The notes beneath the pieces were generated by a model. It searched no databases and was not told the DNA's origin. It saw only the letters and a program-made list of their open reading frames with translations. From the NCBI GenBank assembly GCA_951406725.2, contig OX597817.1, positions 108,376,001 to 108,440,000 of the forward strand: DNA of 64,000 bases. The letters run 5' to 3'. Every line of letters begins with the position of its first letter. Positions within the stretch are counted from its first letter, which is position 1. The translations under genes and the position numbers were made by a program. This stretch comes from Octopus vulgaris. Lineage: Eukaryota. Positions 55,084 through 64,000 of this stretch are shown here, one piece after another.

Positions 55084-58010
55084 TTTTTTTCTTCTTTCAA
55101 ATTTGCTTCCATTTCTTGCCGAGTGTCTTCCCGACTCCTAGGGCAAAGAAACTCATAGTATACATTGGTAGGCCATTAAACCAAACTCAGTAGTTCGTTC
55201 ATTTTTTTTCTTTTTTTTTTTATAAAGTTAAATTAAAATACATGAGCAGCAACAGTTCTCACATCGACAATGCTCTTCTCAATACGTGTGATGTACCAGT
55301 TAAGACAATCTTTTGCACTTCTTGCAGGGATGGTAAGCCAGGGATCATTCTCATATAATTTTCGGTTCCCTTCTTGATCATTCCTAGTGCTCCTACGATC
55401 ACTGGTATTGTGCAACCGCCTTGAGATGCCACATTTTCTCAATTTCAATGAGTAGGTCTTTATATTTTCTGAGCTTGTCAAACTCTTTCGCTGAGATATT
55501 ATGATCACAGGGGATGCTCATGTCGATCAATAAGCAAACTTTATTGTTTTGGTCTTTCACAACAATATCTGGTTTATTGGCCTTGATGGTTCGGTCTGTA
55601 CTGGAAAGTCCCACAGAATGGTTACATTTTCTCCTTCAGTTACAGCCTCAGGGTGGGGATTATACCACTTGTCGGCAGTTTTGATATTGTAATGCCGACT
55701 TATTAGCCAGTGGAGATATTGGCCAACTCTGTCATGTCTTAATTTATACTCCACTGGTGCTAAGACTTTACATCCAGAGATTAGGTGGTCCACTGTTTCA
55801 ATCATGTCGTTGCAGAATCGGCATTTTGGGTCTGCTCCATTTTTCATCACATTGGCCTGGTAGTTCCGGGTTAATAGGCTTTGATCTTGAGCAGCCAGGA
55901 TGAAACCTTCGCTCTCTGCTTTTAGCCCTGAGCTCCGTAGCCACTGATGGGTTTGATTCTGGTCAACATCAGCTTGTTTGCTGCGGGTCACATATTTGCC
56001 GTGCAGAGGTTTCTCCTCCCACCTATCAGCCAATTGCTCGTGCGCTTTTTTCATTGCCATCATTTTCACCTTCTTTGCAACAATAGTTGCCGTACTTCCC
56101 TCGGGTTGTTCAGTTTAGGTATCCTGCACGAGATCAATAGCATATTTTTTGCTTTCCTTTATGATAGAATGAAGCTTCTTTCGTCTCTCGTGATTTTCCA
56201 CGAGCTTTAGCATCCACTCATTCGATATTTCGAGATATTTGGCCTTCCAATTGTGGTTGTTTTGTAAGCTAGTTCAAATTGGATCAGGCCTCGACCTCCT
56301 TGGGCTCTGGGAAGGTAAAGGCGATCTACGTCTGCCTTTGGGTGGTGCATCCTATTACAACTCAGCAGCTTGCGTATTTTTCTATCTATATTCTTTAGTT
56401 CACTCATATTCCAGTTCAACACATTGTAGCTATAAGTAACAACTGGAACTTCTAAGGAATTTATAGCTAACACCTTGTTACGTGCATTTAGTTCAGATTT
56501 CAGGACTGCACGAACTCTCCTATAACATTCCTTCCTGATTCTCTCTTTCATGCTTGCATGCTGAATACCAGAGCCTTCATTTATCCCTAAATATTTGTAT
56601 GTTTGTTCTTGCTCAAGCTCTCTTATGACTGTGTCAACATCTAACACGACTGAATTTGTGGTCTTCACTTTCCCTTTCTGGAAAGTGGCCTTGGCACACT
56701 TCTCAAGTCCAAACTCCATCCCGATGTCATCACTGAATGCTTTCACGGTGCGCAATAGGCCTTCAAGTTCATTATTGTCTTTACCATAAAGTTTTAAGTC
56801 ATCCATATAAAATAGATGGCTTATTTTTTTATTGGCAATTTTATACCCATACCCTGTTCTGTTTAATTCACTTGTAAGGGGTATTAGGGCTATGCAGAAT
56901 ATTAAAGGTGAAAGTGAGTCACCTTGAAAAATTCCACAGTTGATGTTTATATTTTCTGAGGCAAGTACTCCATTAAAGTGGTATAATTGGAGATTCGTAT
57001 TCCACAACGACATATTGTGCTTCAGGAAGTTTGAAATCACAGGGGGAATTTTGAAGATGTCCAGCGATCTCAAGATCCATGGATGCGGTATACTGTCGAA
57101 GGCCTTTTTGTAGTCAATCCATGCGGTGCTGAGATTTCTGCGCTTGTTGTGACAGTTCTCAAGGATCATACGATTGATTAGCAGTTGATCTTTGCATCCG
57201 TAAGAGCCTCGGCGGCACCCTTTTTGTTCAATGGGGAAAATATCGTTTTTCTCCATGAATGCATATGTTTTCTCCGCCAGGATAGATGTTAGGATTTTAT
57301 ACGTGGTGGATAGACAGGTTATAGGCCGATAGTTTTTTGGAAGGTTGGTTTCGTTATTCTTTGGGAGTAGGTAAGTAATGCCACTTGCTAACCATTCAGG
57401 TGTTTTCTTTGGGTCTCCATTGAGCAGCTGAACTAGCTTACCGTGTGCGCATGGGAGCGATGCGAGCCAGAAATTCGGCACCCTATCTTTACCGGGGGAT
57501 TTCCAATTATTGGCCTTCGTGAGTGCCTTTCTTAGGTCTGCTATTGTGATGTCTTCCCATGCTTGTTGTTGTAAATTTTGGTAGGATCCTTCAGTTTGTA
57601 TAATCCAGTCTGCATTTATGTTGTACGTCTTCTTGTCACTCCAAATCCTTTTCCAAAAGTTTTGAACTTCTTCTATGGGAGGGGGGTCTTTAACGGTTAC
57701 TTTCTCCTTCCCTATTTCTCTGTAGAATTTTTTGGCATTGGATGTGAACAGCTTATTTTGCTTGTAAAACTTGTTTCTCTTCTCAAATCTTCGTATTCTT
57801 TGGGCTTTTGCTTGGACTTTTTGTTTCAGCGTTTCTTTTATTGATATCAGTTCTTTTCTTGGTGAGGATTCAAATTTTCTCTTCATCTTTCTTCCTGTTC
57901 TGGATCTTACATCATTTCCACATATTAGTTCATTTAATATTGATATTTCCCCTCTCATAAATTCAATCTCTTTTTCAATTTTACTTCTCCAGGTTTGATT
58001 TCTTCCCAGG
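55084..58010 (-). mobile_element. R4/Dong element, 5'-truncated
   Basis: 583-aa RT ORF plus RLE pieces (CRFC..ETVDHLISGC, RHD, KPDIVV); (TAA)n on both sides. Confidence 0.92.
56207..57958 (-). pseudogene. Dong reverse transcriptase ORF fragment
   Basis: YRPITCL, WIDYKKAFDS, QGDSLSP, FYMDD; frameshifts downstream. Confidence 0.85.
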
Positions 58011-58042
58011 TTTTGTTTTCTTTGTTTTTTTTGTTTTTTTTG

Positions 58043-58121
<79 letters not shown>

Positions 58122-58122
<1 letters not shown>

Positions 58123-59900
58123 ATAGTCAGTTGTTCACTACCACTGAACTAAGGTAACACCTCTTTTTTTTCGAGCATCTTCCGGAGTATTCGAACAGTT
58201 CCAAGCAGTGCAGTTTTCTGCAAGTGCTCCACCCTTATTGCAGCCCCTATTTGTTCCACGTTCTTCTCGAGATTTTTGCTCACTGTTCCCAGGGCTCCGA
58301 CAATTATTGGTACTACTTCTACCTTTTCCATCAACCACAACTGCTTAACTTCCCAAGCTAACCCGTCATATCTCTCGACTTTTCTTTCTTCCTTATAGCA
58401 TACTTTATTGTCAGCTGGGCATGCTATGTCTATGATCCAACATAGTTTGTTTTCTTTCTCAATTAAGAATATGTCCGGCTTCCTATTCTCAATCTCATGG
58501 TTGCATTGAATCATAAAATCCCATAGGATCTTTGCATTTCTATTTTCGACAATGCATTCAGGTTTGTGGTCGTATCAAATTTTTATTCTGTCAAGTCCAT
58601 ACTTGTTGCAAAGTGTCCAATGGACAAGCCTGGCTATAATGTTGTGGCGTCTATTATATACCTTCTGGGCTAGTGGCATACATTGTCTGGTAATATGCCA
58701 TACGGTTTCACCGTTTTGTCTACAGATTCTGCACTTATTGCTTTGTGATGTGTTGTCTATTCTGTATTTTTTGTAGTTTGTTCTTAGTGCTTGCTCTTGG
58801 GTAGCACAGATTAGAGCCTCCGTTTCCGGTTTTAAATCACGTTTAGTCATTCACAGCCATCTTTTTTCTCTATCCCTATGAAATTGACCATGCATTCTTT
58901 TCTTTGCCCACCTATTTTCAGTTTCATTCGTTTTCAATTTCTTGTTTAGCACTTTATTTTTGCAATCTTTCACCCTACACAAGTCTGACCTTCCTTATTC
59001 TAATATCAGCGGTTCTGTGGCATTTTTTACATACCATGCTATGTTGTTTACTTCTGCTCTAATGCTATGTTCACATCCAATAAGTCCTCTTCCCTCTCTT
59101 TTTCTTGGTACATACAGTCATTCTGTGTCACTTTTTAGGTGGAGTGACCCATATCTAGTTAGCAACTTCCTTGTATTTCTGTCTAAGCTGTTTAGTCTAC
59201 TGTCCATGCGATTACCCCACTCAATATCTAAGGAGTGAAACCGCCCAGGTGTGATAGCTTCGATCTTGTTCCGTCCGTTTAATTTCGACTTAAGGATCTG
59301 TCTCAGTCTGCGTAAGTACTCCCCCTTAAATTTTTCTGTCATTTCTTTCTCCATTAATTTATCCATTTCCCAAATCCCCAAGTATACTTATACTTATACT
59401 CCCCGTCTCTTCTATCAGCTTCATAATCTTCCCCGACGGTATCGTTAGTCCTTCCACACATTTGATTTTGCCTCTCTTCAATACTAACACACCACACTTT
59501 CTCAGTCCGAACTCCATTCTGATATCAGCACTGAAGGTATACACCGTATCAACGGGGGAACTGACTTGGGCTTCATCTTTACCATAAAGTTTGAGGTCAT
59601 CCATGAATAACAAATGGTTGACTTTTTGTTGGCGGCTGAAAGTAGTAGTGGAGGAACTGAAACAGCGCAATGAAAGCAAAGATGGTAAGATATGACCAAA
59701 GAATGAAGGATTACCACCAGAATAGGTTATTCAGAGTAGATCAGAAGAGATTCTATAAAGAAATAAATGGAGGATGTACAGATGAAAAGGTTTTGGTGTG
59801 ACATCGAAGCAAAGACAAGGAGCACAAGAAGGATGCTGAATGGTTGTAAGAACTGAAACAAACAGCAGTCTGTCCAAAACAGGCAGAACTAGTCATTTCA
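58122..59900 (-). mobile_element. R4/Dong element of another family, with a 5' inversion (59640-59900 on +)
   Basis: HLLFMDDLKLY, CRICRQNGETVWH, KPDIFLI; the + strand piece reads VVEELKQR/KAKMVRYDQR..NRLFRVDQKRFYKEI. Confidence 0.85.
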
Positions 59901-59913
59901 GTTATTATTCTTA

Positions 59914-59944
<31 letters not shown>

Positions 59945-59945
<1 letters not shown>

Positions 59946-60160
59946 TCAGGTTTTGGGGTTAGTAGCCTGCGCTCTTAACTACTACGCCATATGCCCGTGG
60001 GCAATTATGGAGTGAATTTTTAGGCCTTATAAAACGAAACTTTTCCTATCTTTCCTAAATGCCAGTCCCCATATGCTATTCATATCTGCTCTCGGTCTGC
60101 TGAGGAGGTTGTTGTCTCCTAGCATATGTTCTGCTTCTTTTAGTTTTCGTTTAAATACAA
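59945..60160 (-). mobile_element. 5' half of the PLE-associated unit: GIY-YIG C-terminus, 3'UTR, tRNA-like head
   Basis: KRKLKEAEHMLGDNNLLSRPRADMNSIW* resembles PLE endonuclease ends; followed by GCATATGGCGTAGTAGTTAAGAGCGCAGG. Confidence 0.65.
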
Positions 60161-60189
60161 AAGATAAACGTAGCAGCACAGTGCAGATA

Positions 60190-60436
60190 TGAAGCAGATC
60201 GAGTGCAGATATGAATAGCATATTGGAACCCATATTAAGAAAAGATAGGAAAATATTAGATTTATAAAGCCTAAAAATTCACTCCACAATAGCTCACGGG
60301 CATATGGCGTAGTGGTTAAGAGCGCAGGTTCGAAATTTCCCTAAGACACCTGATGAAGGCTAGAGGGTATATCAGCCGAAACGTTGTGTTAACAACAAAC
60401 AAGGACAAATATCCGTCAAATGTAAATAACGTAAAA
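60190..60436 (+). mobile_element. inverted, diverged copy of the PLE-associated unit lacking the (AAT)n spacer
   Basis: 60195-60328 is the reverse complement of 59965-60100, then joins directly to GTTCGAAATTTCCC, the HHR and the tail. Confidence 0.8.
60345..60390 (+). ncRNA. minimal type I hammerhead ribozyme
   Basis: GACAC-CUGAUGA-A-GGCU..AGCC-GAA-ACGU-U-GUGUU. Confidence 0.75.
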
Positions 60437-60827
60437 GGGACTTTTGTTAGCTTATCTCTCTCTTTTATTCTTTTGCTCTTTTTCTTGTTTCAGTCATTTG
60501 ACTGCGGCCATGCTAGAGCACCGCCTTTAGTCGAGCAAATCGACCCCAGGACTTATTCTTTGGAAGCCTAGTACTTATTCTATCGGCCTCTTTTGCCGAA
60601 CTGCTAAGTTACAGGGACGTATACACACCACCATCGGTTGTCAGGCAATGTTGGGGGACAAACAAAGACACACAATTATATACACACACATACATATATA
60701 TATATAGAAAATAGTAAAAAGTGAAAAAACTACAGAAGGCTTGTTTTAGAAGGTTAAAAAATATATATTTGAGTCATTATGTCTGAAGAATGTTATAAAT
60801 TTTTTTCATACAATGACATAGTTTTTG

Positions 60828-60866
60828 AAGAAAGACCGGTTTCGCGTTCAGCTTTTCAAATTTCTT
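60828..60866 (-). ncRNA. putative variant hammerhead ribozyme (U3-A8 core)
   Basis: AAGAAA-U-UUGAAAA-GC-UGAAC-GC-GAAA-CCGG-UC-UUUCUU. Confidence 0.55.
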
Positions 60867-61303
60867 ACATCGTTATGTTTACGTTGAGAAGTGTGAAGGA
60901 GAGTGAAAGAGAGTTCCAGATAAGGGGAGGTAATAAGGGATTTCTTCCGGTGTAAGGGAGATAATCGCTTAATATTTCTTGCTTTTCTTTTGGAGTGAGT
61001 TTCTCTGTATAAGAATGTTGGAATGGTTAAGTTTGGGCTTGTATTTTTCAATGAAGAATGTTTCCTTGTTTAGTCTAATTTGTGTTGCTGTTCCGATAGC
61101 ACATTGGTAAAATGGAAAGATTAAAAATTGTGGTAGTACTTGCTTTGCGCATTTCTCAATGTGCTCACTAAAGGGTATCATTCTGTATTCTGGGAATGCA
61201 ATCTGTTGTCGATGCAGTGTGCATCTACGTCTGAGTGATAGTCCCGTGGATCCCACCTAGTTTTGGTGGCAGCCCGAGCATTTTATGACATAAATTATGA
61301 TGT

Positions 61304-61342
61304 AAGAAATTTGAAAAGCTGAACGCGAAACCGGTCTTTCTT
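61304..61342 (+). ncRNA. putative variant hammerhead ribozyme (inverted copy)
   Basis: identical motif in the other repeat arm. Confidence 0.55.
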
Positions 61343-61488
61343 CAAAAATTATGTCATTGTATGAAAAAAATTTATAACATTCTTCAGACATAATGACTCA
61401 AATATATATTTTTTAACCTTCTAAAACAAGCCTTCTGTAGTTTTTTCACTTTTTACTATTTTCTACGTGCTTTCACATACCAACTTTC

Positions 61489-61601
<113 letters not shown>

Positions 61602-63122
61602 TATATATACATATACATATATAGACGGGCTTCTTTCAGTTTCCGCCTACCAACTCCACTCACAAGGCTTTGGTCGGCCCGAAGCTATAGTAGAAGACAC
61701 TTACCCAAGGTACCACGTAGTGGTAATGAACCCGGAACCATGTGGTTGGTAAAGAAGCTACTTACCGCACAGCCACTGCCGCGCGACACATAAACCTTCT
61801 CGGTAGTTCAATTGTTTGGTGAAAAAAATACTACCGAAGCAACTTAAACTGTCCAAAAGACGGGTGTGTTTGCTAGTATATATATACATATACATATATA
61901 TATACATATATATATTTATATATACATATATATATGTGTGTGTGTGTGTGTATGTGTTTGTGGTTAATAAAAAACATATCAGAAAGAAGCATATTCTAAA
62001 GAATAGAGCAGTAATTGTTACAACAAAAGTTTTATATCTGGGACATAGAGTTATCAAAGGTTTCGCATCCCTGTGGACAGCTCATCAGGCTCTATGCAAA
62101 TATAAAATTTTAAATATCTACGTCGGAAACGTGAGGAACCACTCAGAACTCGAGGAAGACGTCTTAACAAAAAAGAAAACGTAGATGAAGACGGGTTATC
62201 TCCCGTGAATCAGAGGGAGGAAAAAAATCCTATAAACCCAAAGAGGCCTAACTAGCAAACAGAGAGATCCAATTTTTCAGTAGTTAGTGCTTGAAATATA
62301 TGCGCCAGGTTTCTTATAGTCCTTAAGAATTTAGACTCTCTCCGTGAGGTAAATCGTGCAACGGCAACCTCCATTAATATACAGGCCCGGATGATCAATT
62401 AATTTACACCTGATATCACACGGGGTTTCTTGATATTTGAGGTGCCAAACATGGCGGCCCAAGGATGTGACATAACATCTTTCTGAGATTCTGAAGGATG
62501 ATTAGTGGTTAAGAACACGTGGTTTGAACGAAGTACTCGCAGAACCAGTATATTCATACATATGGGATGTGGCACTATTCGCACCCATGATAACGTATGG
62601 CGCGGGACTGGTCACCCCATCAGTATCGAAGATAAATATTTGGTCATCGTCTGCGGTGACGGAACTGGGAACGTAGGAAGTGTGAGATAAACCTTCCCAG
62701 CTTAATGAATTTATCATTTCTTGGGTTATCTTTTCTAATATACGGCCTTGCATTATCATGTTGCATCCACTTTCTTTTTCTATACATTTTCCCAATCTGC
62801 TTGAAGAGATATTGCACAGTGGATAAAGGTTTATTAAGTCCTAGGATAAATCCCCGATACTTTGATGCAGAGCTCCTTTAGTTATTGTTTTCACGTCATT
62901 ATTGAGAAGATTATAGAGAACAGTTGGTGTTCCATGGGTATTGGTATATAATCACCCAGAGCCGTGTCTACATTAACGTTTGGTCATTAACTCTATGTTG
63001 ATTGGTTAATTGCAAAAGTAAATTTTATTGTCTTGTAACTATTTGTGGTAAGACGTCAGGTTATTTGCTAGAAAATACATTTCTTTTCGGTACCCGTAAT
63101 CTCTCTCTCTCTCTCTCTATCT

Positions 63123-63173
<51 letters not shown>

Positions 63174-63449
63174 CTGTCTATTTCTATTTATATATTTAGC
63201 ATAAATGTATCTATATTAGCGACAGAAGCTGTATTAATATCAAACAAATACACGCCACCTCTCTCCTCGCTAGCGATATAAAAATGCATTTTGCACCGAA
63301 AGCCAATATGAAAGTTCTCACGGTAACTACCGCAGTGTTTATTTGTTGCAAAAGAACATCCACTTTTAAGTAGGGATAAATGTAATTTTAATATATATGT
63401 GCATATGTTAATATGTGTACACACACATACATGCAAACACACACACACA

Positions 63450-63505
<56 letters not shown>

Positions 63506-64000
63506 TTGAGGGAGTGGAAGAGGTAAAATGCATGCTTCATTTATTTCTTAGGTGACTGAAACTCGCGATGCAATTGTTCTCGGTGCCAATAAATTATTAT
63601 TGTATCTCATCGTATACTGTCCACGTTTTGTTCTTTAAACCAGCCACTTACTGCTAGAAGCTTACAAACATATGATCATATGCACATATTTATTGTATTT
63701 ATATACATTGTATATTGTATATGTTATATATATCATATATAACATGCATATAATCTCCGGATCATATGCATTCAAACATATGTACATTCATATTTATCAG
63801 CATAGAATATTTACTTATACATAAAGTATGCATGTATGTGTGTGCGTGTGTGTTCATTTAGCTGAAGAAGCCATGCCAGTTGCAATCACACGTACACCGA
63901 AACCAGCGAGGTTAATGCAGTTAATATCTCTCCTTGACAAGCTGCAGATCGACGGCTGCAAGAAAAAACATATTCAAGAACGTAATTTCAGCGGGTCGCC

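Larger units (their letters stand above)
60705..61465 (-). mobile_element. 5'-truncated Penelope-like element with 167-bp inverted terminal repeats
   Basis: near-perfect inverted repeat 60705-60871 / 61299-61465; interior encodes GIY-YIG IIYVIKCSGCHQN*VGSTG..LRRRCTLH..RLNKETFFIEKYKPKLN. Confidence 0.88.

Noticed and set aside
62399-62950. Short ORFs suggesting a decayed endonuclease
   Set aside because: Motifs are too degenerate to assign.

Overview
Eukaryotic, AT-rich, repeat-saturated non-coding DNA. The microsatellite and SINE inventory suggests an octopod cephalopod (inference). No host gene could be supported. The window holds about ten R4/Dong-clade non-LTR retrotransposon copies (RT plus restriction-like endonuclease), nearly all ending in (TAA)n and one nearly intact at ~17.4-21.5 kb. 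It also holds several Tx1/L1-clade fragments (two set in (TATC)n), Penelope-like elements (PLEs), many tRNA-derived SINEs, non-autonomous Helitrons, a Chapaev3-type DNA transposon with a TAA target-site duplication (TSD), and mariner remnants. The most interesting signal is a repeated composite unit in three copies: PLE GIY-YIG end, tRNA-like Pol III head, (AAT)n spacer, minimal hammerhead ribozyme, short tail. One copy starts at the tRNA-like head and one has two Dong elements nested in its (AAT)n spacer. A second PLE carries a putative hammerhead with a covaried U3-A8 core in 167-bp inverted repeats. All calls were made by eye; boundaries are approximate unless stated.
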